DNA of 64,000 nt from a candidate division FCPU426 bacterium (GTDB taxonomy: Bacteria; Oederibacteriota; JAAXVQ01; JAUVAV01). Location: positions 832,001 through 896,000 of the forward strand of contig JBFLYH010000001.1 of assembly GCA_040756875.1 (NCBI GenBank), in the 5' to 3' direction. The position numbers and the translations under genes were made by a program. The notes under the pieces were generated by a model that was given only the letters and a program-made list of their open reading frames with translations, ran no database searches and was not told the origin of the DNA. Of this stretch, positions 31,629 to 42,005 are shown piece after piece (positions within the stretch are counted from its first letter, which is position 1; every line of letters begins with the position of its first letter).

Positions 31629-34600
31629 TCAGAAAATCGCGGTCAGGCCTGCTTTGATTTTAATCGCCCAATAGTCCTTGTTCGCAAGCAGGTGGTCGTA
31701 ATACCACTGATTGGTGACGCTGACTTCCCCTTCCACGTTGCGCCACAGCGAATAATTCAGCGAGGTCTCGTTGGTGTACATATCCGTGTTCTTGGAACTG
31801 CCGGTTTGCTTCACCTCGGAAATCCGGGCCATTTCGATCTTGAACGAATTCAACAGCCGGAAGGATTGCTGGATTTTTAAAATCGTGCCGTTGAAAGGCC
31901 AGAAATCAGGCAATTTGATGGGCGTATTGAGGTTGAGATTGTACGCCAGAGACAACCCGCCGGAATACAAATTATCCATGACTTTGATCTCGAGGTTTTC
32001 CCCGTACAGCCGTTCGGAATTGGTCGAATTGAAATTCAGCGTACTGCTGAGATCGTTCAATATCCTGAACGGCAGCGTGGCCGAACTGGTATGGGACAGC
32101 GTGCGGTTGGTCACCTTGCTGTCGCGATCCAGGGTGTTGGTTTCGGAGTAATGATAATCCAGGCTCAGCGACTGCAGGACAACCCCAGGCAGGGAAAAAG
32201 GCTGGTTCCAGGTCAAACCCGAACCCGCGGTCATGGTCTCCGTGGTGATGAAATTATTCCGGGTGTTCATGTCCCGTTTCCAATTGGTGGAGTAATCCGG
32301 ATTCAAGGTGACGTTCGAAAGCACGTTAAAGGAAGTGCCCCAGGTTTCCCTCTCGTTTTTCGAATTGATGTAGGCATCGTCGAAGAGGTTGTCCTTTTCC
32401 CGGAACCCGAACGGGTCAATGACCCACAGATGATCGAATTCCAGCTGACTGATGGGGTCCAAGCCGACCTCCGTGCGGTAGGTGGCGGAAATATTGTAAT
32501 TGCGGCTCCAGTTGATTCTGGGAATTTCCCGCCAGCCGAAGATTTCCCCCAGCGCCACGCTGCTTTGCAGGGAAAGGCTGCCCGGAACGGCCAGCGTATC
32601 GTTGATATAATCGCGGCTGTTGGTCATGGCATACGTCAGGCTGGGCGTCACCACGGGCAGGGACACCAGGTTGAGGTTGAGCTTGGCCACTTTTTCCAGG
32701 CGCGAAGTCCGGTAGAGATCCGAAAAATAGTGGGCGTTGACGGTATTGGTCAATTCGGAATAAAACTTGTAAGCAGTCAGGAAACCCCGGTCGCTATTCT
32801 GGCTGTAGGTAAAGCTCGGATTAAACCGCAGGAACGACAGGGGGCTGTAGCTGCCCTGGTAGGAATAGGTCTCCTCCTTGGTGTGCTTCCATTTGTCCCA
32901 TAAATCCGTGCGTTTCAACTCCCGGATGCCTTCCGGATTGTACATGATGTGATTGTCCACGTACCTGAACTTCCCGGTGAACGTCGTGGTTCCGATCGGC
33001 AGATTCAGGATCTGGCTGGGCAGTGTATAGGACATGGTCGGCGTGGTCTCGGTGGTTTCCTCGTCATAATTGACGTTGTAACGCTGTTCGATGTAACTCG
33101 TGTTTTTACGAGTGCGCTTGGCGGACACCGAAAGATCCAGGCCTGTCAGCTGGTTGTAGGCAACATCACCGCCGATCGTTTCATTCACCACATCCGGCAC
33201 AGAGAAATTGTTGGAATACGTGGGCAGGGACCGGTTCTGAAGCTCCGTGTAATTCTCCGTCCGCGTCCAATTCACGTTGACCGGCAGGTAGGACAATTTG
33301 GTGATGCTGCCATCCACCCGTTCCTGGGTCACGTGCTGTTTGCCCGAGGGCGTTTCGTCGATTTGGAAAAAATCGGTGCCGATGTCGCGATGATCCGTAT
33401 TGACCGAAAAAATGTCGGACAACCGGGTGCTGGAAGTAATGCGCGCGGCCATGCCTTCGCGGGTTTTGGCGTCGGTGGCGCGGAGGCTGTTGATCCAAAG
33501 GATTTCCGGCACAGCCGTCGGATTGGGATTTATGACCCCGAGCGAAATTTCCTTCACCTGGTTCAAGCCGGCAATGATATTGGGCTGGAATACCGCTAGG
33601 CGCCGGCCGTCGCTGCCGTCGAGTTCGACGGTGTAGGTGTGCCAGGTCCCGATGCGGGCTTCGTCCAAGGGCAGCTCGTACTGGTAGAAATTGTTCTGAT
33701 CCAGACCCAGGCGCACGAACAGCCGTTCGCCCGGCGCGGTGGAGGTCTTTTTAAACACATCCACCCGCAAGTAACGGTAAAAAGAATAATCGTATCCCGT
33801 GGTGTCATTGGACAGCGTGCGGGTCAAATAGTACGCGGGCATGGTATTGCCGGCGTTATAATTAACCACCGCGTACTGGTCCAGGGTGTATTCCAGTTCC
33901 AAGGCCCGTTCGTTCTGCAGGTCCCTCTCCTTGTAATCCTCATCGTAAATGAAAAAATGCACGTCAGGCTGGTAGCCGCTGTAAGTTTCCCGGCTGATGG
34001 CCGTGGCGTTCAGCGTGCCGCCGGAGGCTTCGGACACCGGCACGCCGTTCACGTCGACCGTATTGGGGGCAACCCGCGGCTGCCATTTGTTTCCTGTCAG
34101 TTGGATGGATTCGATCTGAAAATATCCGGAAGAGGCCGAGCCGCTCTCCGCGGTGATCCACAGGCGCGCATGTTTGACAAAGCCCAGAAATGTCGGATCC
34201 TGCGAGTTGGCCGTAGGCAAGGTATCGCCCAAGAGGCGGGTAGGCGTCGCCAGCGGAATTTTAATCATGTTCCAGCCCGGTTGCAAGGTGATCTCATATT
34301 CGTAATAGCTTTGCGCCAGATCTATTTGGTCGTCATTATCCAAGTCCTCGTTGTCCAGCTTATCATTGCTGGCGCCCCAGTATTGGGGTACCCCGGGGCC
34401 GCTAAACCCGGCCTGCGCTGTGGTCGGATAAATCCCCGTCGGGCCCGAGGGATCGGCGGCAATGGTCGGCGGCACGGCGTACGGGTTGGACATATAATTC
34501 CCGATTCCCTTGTCAACACCCTGGGCAAATATCTGGCGGTCGCCTTCGAAGTTCAGGCGGTAGTTGCCGTTCGAATCTTCGCTGATGATTCCCAGATCGA

Positions 34601-37600
34601 TATTCAGCCTGATGGGATGGGCGCTGTCTGCTGCTGAATAATACGAAATTTCCAGATAGCGGTACTCGTGCAGATTGGCGCCAGAAGACGATATCGGATA
34701 AACGAATCCATCCCAGGTTGCGTTGCTCATATCCGAGTAATTCCAGCGCATCTGATGGACCTTGTCATTGCTGTCCACGGGAACGCGGCCGGTTTCAAAA
34801 ACATCCGTCAGATAAACATAACGGCGAAACGCCGGGTCGGTGAAAGTCCCGGGGCTGCTCGACGGAAACCAAATATTATTAGCGTTTTCATTCACAGGCA
34901 GGGCCAACACATTGTCCGAGCCTTCCATGCTGTCGATCATGGCCACGCTGTCTTCGCCTGCCCGGCGGTAGGTGTTGGAATTATAAATGCTGTACGCTCC
35001 TTCAGCCGCCACGTCCACGGTCAGGGGCACTTTGAAATTCCCCACCCAGGGCAAGGCCGCTTCGCCGAAATCATCGGGATTAAGGCTGAGTTTGATATCA
35101 CCGTCAAAGAGCGAGAGCGAGTTGGGCGTGGAGCGGATGTCCGGAATTTCCAGCGGGGCCTGGCTGGCATTGTACAAGAACGTCGAACCCACGGACAATT
35201 TTTTGGGGATGATGTCATACTCCCCGCGCGCGCCGAAAATGCTGGACTGGAACTTGCCACCGAACGGCAGGTACTCGTACGTCACTGTGATTTCGGTGCT
35301 GGAGGCGATGTTTTCCGGATTGAGGAAGGTCAGGTAGCCGCTGTCATTATCGAGGTAATAATCCGTGTTGCGCTGCAGTTTCAAGCCGTCCTTGCGGATG
35401 ATTTCGGAGTTGGGAATGATGTTGTAATGCTGCAACTGGAAGGTGCTGATGACGTTCTTGAATTCGATGTGCAAAGTGAATTTATGGGCCTGGTTGATGT
35501 CTCCGTTGGAAGTCAGCGTGGGGTTGTACTGGGTGTTATAGGCGTCGTTGCGGTTGGGCTGGTAATCATCCGATAAAAATTGGGCTGGCTCGCCGTTGGT
35601 CAGGCGCTGCTGCAGCGGATAATCATGAATGAACTGGATCGTGCCGAAGGTCGGGTCAATTCGGTAGTAATGTTCGGCATTCAGCGTATCCGAAGGCTGG
35701 GGGAGCTGGACTTCGCTGCCGTCATTGGCAAAGACTTTCAGTTTGAAGTCCGCGTCGCTCTGTGGGTCCAGGATGTTTTGGTACCCCAGGGCATAGCGGT
35801 TCATCAGCATCATCCGGTAATCGCGGGCATTGGTCAGGCTGTTGTAATTTTGGATCAGGTGTGACGTATCCGAGGTTTGACCCGCAGGGACGGGAACCGG
35901 CGCCGCAGGGTCGCCCGGCACGAAGAGGTTGGCCGGATTGAAATCGAAGACTGTTCCTGCCGGATCGCTGTACCCCACCGTATGGACGACGCCGTTTTCA
36001 TCCGTATATTTATACGCCACTGCAATCAGCCAGGTTTGTGCCATGGTGTTGGTGAACGTGATAATGCCCCGCTCGTAATCCAAGGTGTAATCCACGCCAG
36101 GCGAAAGCAGATTGAACCTGACTTCCTGGCCGTTGGCAGTCACGGTGACCGACTGGGCGGTCACTAATCCATTGGTTACGTAGATTTTGTCCGATCCGGG
36201 CACAATGCCGTGCCTGACCTGGTTGCCGTCGTAGATCGGTAATTCCGGGTGATTGACCTGGCTGGGCCAGGCTTTGGTCAGATAGTAATATTTAAACGCC
36301 GTGAAATAGACATCCTGCTTGTCCAAGGTGCGCGGCGAGGTATTGCCCTTGAATTTCTCGGTCACCGTAATGCCCTTGGTTTGGGCGCCGATCGCGTGGA
36401 AGCGAAAATTATTAAAGGCCACCTTGAGTTTGGCGCCAAAAAGGTTTTTGTTGTATCCGGCAAATTCGGTGCGGGGTAAGTCGAGCAGAATGTCGCCGAA
36501 CGCGGCTTCCTGAATGACTTCATCCGGATCGCCGGCGTAGATAATGGATATTTTCCGCTGTTCTTCCAGGGTGTCGTCGTAGTCCACGTCCACCGTGATT
36601 TTCTTGCCCACCTTCCCTTCCAGACGCACCTGCAGTTCCTGATCCAGGTTGAAACCCTTGGTCAAGCCCGACGTTAGCGAGGGATACCGGTCCGTCGAAC
36701 CGCCTTCCTGAACATTCAACGGCGTCACTTCGGTGTAAGACACGTCGATCTTCTTCCGCCCCGAGATGGTCAGGGACGATTCCGGCGGCAAGCCGGGAAT
36801 GGAGGTGGAAAGGAGCCCTGTGGAGGGAATCTCCAGCGGCGGCCGCGGCCCGGCTTGGGCGGAGGCGGATGCCGGCCCTTCGAAGCCTTCCACGTCCACG
36901 GCGCGGACCGTATAAGTATAAAAGCGGCCCAACAGGGGTTTGTTCACGCTGTTTTGCTCGTCATCCGAGAACAGCGGGCTGGTCAGGAGGTTTCGGTTGA
37001 CCTTCACCGGCTGGGCTTCGGCATCTGAGCTGCGGTACACATTGTAGCCTGCCAGCGGGAAGGTTCCGGCCTGGGCGGCGCTCCAGCTCACCTCGATGGC
37101 ATCGTCGGTCTTGCCGGTGGCGGTCAGGTTCTGCGGCGCACCGGCCGAGACAAAAGGAACGGCCGAAAGCGTTTCCAAAGGCGCTGACCGGTTGCCTCGG
37201 CGATCCTGGGCGTACAAGGAGTAATAATACGTTTGTCCGTTGACCAGCGGTTGATCGATATAGGAACTTTGCTCCAGGGGCTTGGGCGTCAGCAACTCCC
37301 CTTCCTGGCCTTGCGCCTCGGACCTGTACAAAACATATCCCGCCAAACCATAGGGCCCTCCGGAAAAAGACGGCACCCAGGTAAGCTCCACTTTCTGGTC
37401 CTGCGGCCGGGCTTCAAAGCTGGAGGGCGGGGTTAATTGCGCGAGATTCGCCACGGCCAACAAAGCGGACATAGCCGAGAGATTGCCTTGCCCGTCCATC
37501 ACCACAACTGCGTAATAGTAATTTTTTCCCGCCATAGGCGGCGCAATGGAGGTGTCGCGGCTGTCCAGAAAATACGGTTCCGAAACCGCGGACCGATTGA

Positions 37601-37964
37601 TTAAATTTTCAGAAGGCGGCGGATCGGAAAAGGCCGTTTCAGACCGATAGATGCGGTAGGTTACGGGCGTGGCCACGGCTGCCGGAGCCGGTTCCCAGGC
37701 CAGAATGATGCGGTCACCGGCGGCTTCGGCTTGCAGGCCGACCGGCGCGGGCAACAACGGCTTCACTTCGGCCGTCGGCTGCGGCGTGGGCGTGGTTCCC
37801 GGAGCCGGAGCGGTCTGAACATCCACCCGCGACACCCCGGCTGGAACAGGCAAGGCCGCCTGCCCTGCAATTGGGATTAGAAACAGCCCGGACAGGAAGA
37901 AAATCGAGAGGGCAAAAAGACGCGTTGCAGAACGGAGTAATACCGACAACAGCATGACCCCCAA
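31629..37964 (-). CDS. SprA/Sov-like giant outer-membrane protein with N-terminal fibronectin type III repeats
   Basis: Signal peptide; three FN3-like repeats (L.W..., YxIYRS, Y.Y.V.A.D..GN.S); SprA-like blocks DQELQVRLEGKVG..VDYDD..Y.GD.DEVIQE..FG..LFGAK and WINSLR..G.AAR; long amphipathic beta-strand C-terminus ending in F. Confidence 0.78.
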   Translation of the reverse strand: MGVMLLSVLLRSATRLFALSIFFLSGLFLIPIAGQAALPVPAGVSRVDVQTAPAPGTTPTPQPTAEVKPLLPAPVGLQAEAAGDRIILAWEPAPAAVATPVTYRIYRSETAFSDPPPSENLINRSAVSEPYFLDSRDTSIAPPMAGKNYYYAVVVMDGQGNLSAMSALLAVANLAQLTPPSSFEARPQDQKVELTWVPSFSGGPYGLAGYVLYRSEAQGQEGELLTPKPLEQSSYIDQPLVNGQTYYYSLYAQDRRGNRSAPLETLSAVPFVSAGAPQNLTATGKTDDAIEVSWSAAQAGTFPLAGYNVYRSSDAEAQPVKVNRNLLTSPLFSDDEQNSVNKPLLGRFYTYTVRAVDVEGFEGPASASAQAGPRPPLEIPSTGLLSTSIPGLPPESSLTISGRKKIDVSYTEVTPLNVQEGGSTDRYPSLTSGLTKGFNLDQELQVRLEGKVGKKITVDVDYDDTLEEQRKISIIYAGDPDEVIQEAAFGDILLDLPRTEFAGYNKNLFGAKLKVAFNNFRFHAIGAQTKGITVTEKFKGNTSPRTLDKQDVYFTAFKYYYLTKAWPSQVNHPELPIYDGNQVRHGIVPGSDKIYVTNGLVTAQSVTVTANGQEVRFNLLSPGVDYTLDYERGIITFTNTMAQTWLIAVAYKYTDENGVVHTVGYSDPAGTVFDFNPANLFVPGDPAAPVPVPAGQTSDTSHLIQNYNSLTNARDYRMMLMNRYALGYQNILDPQSDADFKLKVFANDGSEVQLPQPSDTLNAEHYYRIDPTFGTIQFIHDYPLQQRLTNGEPAQFLSDDYQPNRNDAYNTQYNPTLTSNGDINQAHKFTLHIEFKNVISTFQLQHYNIIPNSEIIRKDGLKLQRNTDYYLDNDSGYLTFLNPENIASSTEITVTYEYLPFGGKFQSSIFGARGEYDIIPKKLSVGSTFLYNASQAPLEIPDIRSTPNSLSLFDGDIKLSLNPDDFGEAALPWVGNFKVPLTVDVAAEGAYSIYNSNTYRRAGEDSVAMIDSMEGSDNVLALPVNENANNIWFPSSSPGTFTDPAFRRYVYLTDVFETGRVPVDSNDKVHQMRWNYSDMSNATWDGFVYPISSSGANLHEYRYLEISYYSAADSAHPIRLNIDLGIISEDSNGNYRLNFEGDRQIFAQGVDKGIGNYMSNPYAVPPTIAADPSGPTGIYPTTAQAGFSGPGVPQYWGASNDKLDNEDLDNDDQIDLAQSYYEYEITLQPGWNMIKIPLATPTRLLGDTLPTANSQDPTFLGFVKHARLWITAESGSASSGYFQIESIQLTGNKWQPRVAPNTVDVNGVPVSEASGGTLNATAISRETYSGYQPDVHFFIYDEDYKERDLQNERALELEYTLDQYAVVNYNAGNTMPAYYLTRTLSNDTTGYDYSFYRYLRVDVFKKTSTAPGERLFVRLGLDQNNFYQYELPLDEARIGTWHTYTVELDGSDGRRLAVFQPNIIAGLNQVKEISLGVINPNPTAVPEILWINSLRATDAKTREGMAARITSSTRLSDIFSVNTDHRDIGTDFFQIDETPSGKQHVTQERVDGSITKLSYLPVNVNWTRTENYTELQNRSLPTYSNNFSVPDVVNETIGGDVAYNQLTGLDLSVSAKRTRKNTSYIEQRYNVNYDEETTETTPTMSYTLPSQILNLPIGTTTFTGKFRYVDNHIMYNPEGIRELKRTDLWDKWKHTKEETYSYQGSYSPLSFLRFNPSFTYSQNSDRGFLTAYKFYSELTNTVNAHYFSDLYRTSRLEKVAKLNLNLVSLPVVTPSLTYAMTNSRDYINDTLAVPGSLSLQSSVALGEIFGWREIPRINWSRNYNISATYRTEVGLDPISQLEFDHLWVIDPFGFREKDNLFDDAYINSKNERETWGTSFNVLSNVTLNPDYSTNWKRDMNTRNNFITTETMTAGSGLTWNQPFSLPGVVLQSLSLDYHYSETNTLDRDSKVTNRTLSHTSSATLPFRILNDLSSTLNFNSTNSERLYGENLEIKVMDNLYSGGLSLAYNLNLNTPIKLPDFWPFNGTILKIQQSFRLLNSFKIEMARISEVKQTGSSKNTDMYTNETSLNYSLWRNVEGEVSVTNQWYYDHLLANKDYWAIKIKAGLTAIF

Positions 37965-38089
37965 AGGATATCCAGCATAAGCCCCTCCGGATGAATATTT
38001 ATTATTGCAGGCTGGCGTCCATCCCGCAAGCTGAATATTCTTCGATCCCCTCCCCTTGCGTCTCCCCGATTGGTCTCCTCACCCTGCGC

Positions 38090-38118
38090 TTGACAGGTCT
38101 GAAGTCCCCCACTAGAAT
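38090..38118 (+). promoter_or_regulatory. sigma70-type promoter for the GT39-lptF-lptG operon
   Basis: TTGACA (38090-38095), 17-nt spacer, TAGAAT (38113-38118). Confidence 0.8.
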
Positions 38119-38165
38119 GTATTGATTTATAGACCATTTGAACGCCTTTTTTACAGGAGCAGCCC

Positions 38166-39686
38166 TTGTCCCAGGAAGAAAAATGGTTCTGGATTACCTT
38201 GGCGCTGGTAACCGGGCTGCGCCTTTTTGCCATCGCGGGTTTTGAACTCGCGCCGGACGAGGCTTATTACTGGACATGGTCCAGGCACCTGGACTGGGGT
38301 TATTACGACCAAGGGCCTTTGCTGGCTTTGGTGATCCGGCTGGGTACCTGGCTGGGCGGCGGCCCCTCGGCATGGAGCGTGCGCCTGGGCAGTGTCCTGC
38401 TGTCCGGTGTGACCTCGTGGTTTTTTTTCCAATTGGTGCGGCGCGCCACGGCCAGCAACCGGGCCGCCTGGTACGCCTTCCTGCTGCTGCAATCGGCGCT
38501 GTTGATTTCCGCCGGCGCCCTTTTAATGATGCATGATTCGATCATGGTCTGCGCCTGGACCGCGGCTTTGTACTTCTTCCACCGGGCGCTGTGCCAGGAG
38601 TGGCGGCCCGGGTGGGTGGGCGGGGCGCTGGCTTTGGGAGCAGGCGCTCTGGCCAAGTATTCGATGGCCCTGTTCGTGCCGTGCCTGCTGCTGTTCCTGG
38701 TGGTATCACCGCGGCAGCGGAGGGAATGGCTGCGGCCCCCTCTCTACCTGGCCGGTGTGGCCACGCTCCTTTTGGTTGCACCCCTGGTGATTTGGAATTT
38801 GCAGCATGGCTGGGCTTCGTTCGGGCATATCGGCGATTTAAGCGGAGCCGGGCAGGCCTGGAAATTTTCCTTGTCCACGGTGGGCAATTATCTGGGCGGC
38901 CAGCTGGGTATCATGAGCCCTCTCCTGGGCGCTCTATGCTTCGCGGCGCCTTTGTTGGCCTGGCGCCTGTGGCGACAAGGCCAGCCGCACGGCGAGGATT
39001 ATCTTTTTTTAGCCTGCTTTTCAGCCCCTATTTTCCTGTTTTTCCTCGTCCTTTCCGTACGCACATCGGTTTACGCCAACTGGCCGGCGCCCGCCTACCC
39101 GGCGGCCCTTGCCATTCTCGGCGGCGTATACGCTTTCCGCCAACAACGAACGCCGTCGCGTGCGTGGCGTTCGTGGGCTTGGGCCACCCTTGCATTGTCG
39201 CTCCTCTTCACTCTGGTAGCGCATACCGAGGTCTTGTGGGGCGTGCCGCCGTTGACCGGACGGGCGGCCGAATCCATGGACCGGGTGCGCGGCTGGCGGA
39301 TCATGGGCAACGAAGCCTCCCGGCTGTTGCGCGAACTGCAAGCGCAGAGCCCGACTCCCCTGCTGCTTGGAGCCCGTCGCTACCAAATCGCCGGCCTGCT
39401 GTCCTTCTACACCGAGGGCCATCCGGAAGTGCAACTCTTCCCCCTGCGCGAGCCGGCGGACAATCAATACCGTTTCTGGGATCAGCGGTCCCGCTTGGCC
39501 GGGCGCAACTTTCTTTATGTCAGCGAGCATTATTGGGAGGCCGACCACATCCGCCCTTTTTTCAACGAAGTGAGAACCCTGGAACCGTTCGCGGTCATCC
39601 AAAACGGCCGCAAGATCCGCGAAATCCGCTATTTCCTCGCCTTGGGATATAACCCATCCGCCGCCCCTGCCGGAGCCAAACCGTGA
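38166..39686 (+). CDS. GT-C membrane glycosyltransferase (ArnT / PMT-like, GT39/GT83)
   Basis: PDEAYYWTWSRHLDWGYYD.GP, LAKY and P..IWN motifs; multiple TM segments. Confidence 0.85.
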   Translation: MSQEEKWFWITLALVTGLRLFAIAGFELAPDEAYYWTWSRHLDWGYYDQGPLLALVIRLGTWLGGGPSAWSVRLGSVLLSGVTSWFFFQLVRRATASNRAAWYAFLLLQSALLISAGALLMMHDSIMVCAWTAALYFFHRALCQEWRPGWVGGALALGAGALAKYSMALFVPCLLLFLVVSPRQRREWLRPPLYLAGVATLLLVAPLVIWNLQHGWASFGHIGDLSGAGQAWKFSLSTVGNYLGGQLGIMSPLLGALCFAAPLLAWRLWRQGQPHGEDYLFLACFSAPIFLFFLVLSVRTSVYANWPAPAYPAALAILGGVYAFRQQRTPSRAWRSWAWATLALSLLFTLVAHTEVLWGVPPLTGRAAESMDRVRGWRIMGNEASRLLRELQAQSPTPLLLGARRYQIAGLLSFYTEGHPEVQLFPLREPADNQYRFWDQRSRLAGRNFLYVSEHYWEADHIRPFFNEVRTLEPFAVIQNGRKIREIRYFLALGYNPSAAPAGAKP

Positions 39687-40840
39687 AGACCCTTCGTTGG
39701 TACGTCGTCCGCGAACTGGTTTTCCCCTTTTTCATGGGCGTCACGGTGTTCACGTTTATTTTGATCATGGATAAAATTTTCACGCTCTCCGACCTGATCG
39801 TCAAATACGGCGTCTCGGTCCTGACCGTGGGCAGACTGCTGCTGTATATCCTGCCGGCGACTTTCGCCATCACCATCCCCATGGCCTGCCTGGTGGCCGT
39901 GCTCGTGGCCTTTTCCCGCCTGAAAAGCGACAACGAACTGACCGCCCTGCGCGCTTCCGGCATCTCGCCCCTGCCGCTGCTCGATTCCTTGCTGGCATTG
40001 GCCTTGGCCTTGACCCTGGGCATGATCGCATTCAACAACACCGTGCTCCCGGACGCCAATATGGCCTACCGGACGCTGTATTTCGACATTGTCAGCCAGC
40101 GCGCGGCGATCGTGATCAGGGAGCACGTCTTCGTTGAGGATTTCGACGGGTACATTTTTCGGGTGGGCGACAAGAATCCCGTGACCGGCGAACTCCGCGA
40201 CGTGATCGTCTTCGTCCGGGGCCAAAAGCCCGAAGACCCTGTCCGGACCATCTTCGCCCGGCGCGGCCAGCTCATCAGCGACCATGAAAACCGCCGCGTC
40301 CTGCTCAAGCTGGAGGACGGGTACATGCAGGTGGTGGCCCGGGACAATCCATCCGTGCTCTCGCGCGTGGACTTCAACACCACTTTTCTCGACCTCGACA
40401 TCAACCGTTCACTGGCGCAGCCGGTCCAGTCACTGCCGCGGAGCGCACGGGAAATGTCCATGACGGACATCCGTCGGCAAATCGACCTGGATCTGCGAGA
40501 AGGCAAGGACGTCAACCTGCTCTGGGTTGAGTACCACAAAAAGGTTTCGATCCCCTTCGCCTGCCTGGTGTTCGTGCTCATCGGTGCGCCGGTTGGCATC
40601 CTGGTGCCGCGCTCCGGAAGGTATGTGGCGTATTTCGTGGCAGTGATCCTGATCTTTTTGTATTACATCGCGATTTCCTTGGGCGAAACCTTCGGCGCCA
40701 ACGGCAAGCTGGACCCCTTCCTCTCTATGTGGATTCCGAACCTGTTCCTGGCCGGTGCCGGCTGCTACGGGCTGGCCTGGGTTCTCGGGGAGCAGCCGCC
40801 GGGATTCGGCCGCCATTCCTCCCCTCGGAGGGCCCCGTGA
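39683..40840 (+). CDS. lptF: LPS export permease LptF (YjgP/YjgQ family)
   Basis: RL.SDNELTALRASGIS, KK.SIPFACL and WIPN; 3+3 TM arrangement. Confidence 0.88.
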   Translation: MKTLRWYVVRELVFPFFMGVTVFTFILIMDKIFTLSDLIVKYGVSVLTVGRLLLYILPATFAITIPMACLVAVLVAFSRLKSDNELTALRASGISPLPLLDSLLALALALTLGMIAFNNTVLPDANMAYRTLYFDIVSQRAAIVIREHVFVEDFDGYIFRVGDKNPVTGELRDVIVFVRGQKPEDPVRTIFARRGQLISDHENRRVLLKLEDGYMQVVARDNPSVLSRVDFNTTFLDLDINRSLAQPVQSLPRSAREMSMTDIRRQIDLDLREGKDVNLLWVEYHKKVSIPFACLVFVLIGAPVGILVPRSGRYVAYFVAVILIFLYYIAISLGETFGANGKLDPFLSMWIPNLFLAGAGCYGLAWVLGEQPPGFGRHSSPRRAP

Positions 40841-41946
40841 AAACCATCGACCGTTACCTTCTGAAAGAATTTTTCCAGGCCCTGCTTTTTACCACCCTGG
40901 TTTTCGTCGGTTTGTATGTCATCGCGGAGATGGTGGACGACATGCGCGGTTTTGTGGAGCACCGGCCCGCCGTCACCCTGATCGTCCTGTATTACGTCTA
41001 TCGGCTGCCGTACTACCTGGTCCAGGTCATGCCCATGGCCGTGCTGCTTTCCGCCCTGTTTTCCCTGGGCCAGCTGGGCCGCCACAATGAACTGATCGCC
41101 CTGCGCTCTTGCGGGGTGAGCTTTTTTCGCATCGCCCGTCCCATTCTCCTGGCTGCCCTCGCCCTGGTCGCCCTGATTCTGATCTTTATTGAAGCCGTGA
41201 TTCCCGCCACCACCCCGAGGGCCCGCCTGATCAAACGGGTCAAAATCGAACAAAAAAGCGACGACTCCTACCAATACCGCCGGGATTGGATCACCCGCAG
41301 CCTGCCGGGCAACTGGATCCTGCAGGCGCGCCATTTCGACGCCCTTGCCGGGCATATGTCCGGCGTGATTGTGCTCCACCTGACCCCGGACCGCCGCGTC
41401 GAGGAACGCATTGATGCGGAATCCGGCGTATGGCAACCAGGCGAATGGCGTTTGGAAAACGGCGTACGGCGGGTTTTTACCGAGGCGGGCGAAGTCGTCG
41501 AGTGCTACCGTTTCGAAGTGTTCAATTGGAAAGTGCGCGAACAACCCCGCGAGTTCATCCGCGAAAACAAGGAAGAGGATCAGTTGCTAGCCATGCCGCT
41601 CAAGGAGCTTCGCTATCAAATCCGCTTGCTGCGCGAAATGGGCAGCGATCCCCGGACCGAGGAAGTGAATTTCCACTTGAAGATCGCCTTCCCCTTCGCC
41701 ATCTTCATTCTCGCGCTTTTGGGGGTCGCTTTGCCGTTTATCTTCCCGACCGGGCAAAGGGCCTTGGTCTGGACCGCCATCGGATTCGTGTTCACGATCG
41801 TCACGGCGTTTTTCTACATCGGATTTCTGGCCATCGGCACGTCACTGGGGAAAAACGGCTCGCTTCCCCCGCTGCTTTCGGTGTGGATCGCCAATCTGGT
41901 GTTCGCAGGACTGGGGATCGTGCTGATGAGCAAAGCGAAGACCTGA
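40837..41946 (+). CDS. lptG: LPS export permease LptG (YjgP/YjgQ family)
   Basis: GTG start overlaps the lptF stop; IDRYL, NELIALRSCGVS, KIAFPF and W.AN. Confidence 0.88.
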   Translation: MKTIDRYLLKEFFQALLFTTLVFVGLYVIAEMVDDMRGFVEHRPAVTLIVLYYVYRLPYYLVQVMPMAVLLSALFSLGQLGRHNELIALRSCGVSFFRIARPILLAALALVALILIFIEAVIPATTPRARLIKRVKIEQKSDDSYQYRRDWITRSLPGNWILQARHFDALAGHMSGVIVLHLTPDRRVEERIDAESGVWQPGEWRLENGVRRVFTEAGEVVECYRFEVFNWKVREQPREFIRENKEEDQLLAMPLKELRYQIRLLREMGSDPRTEEVNFHLKIAFPFAIFILALLGVALPFIFPTGQRALVWTAIGFVFTIVTAFFYIGFLAIGTSLGKNGSLPPLLSVWIANLVFAGLGIVLMSKAKT

Positions 41947-42005
41947 AACAGGCCTTTTCCTCTTCGGCGCGGAATGTTCCCAGGCGCCCTTGCCGTCCGA
42001 GGGAT

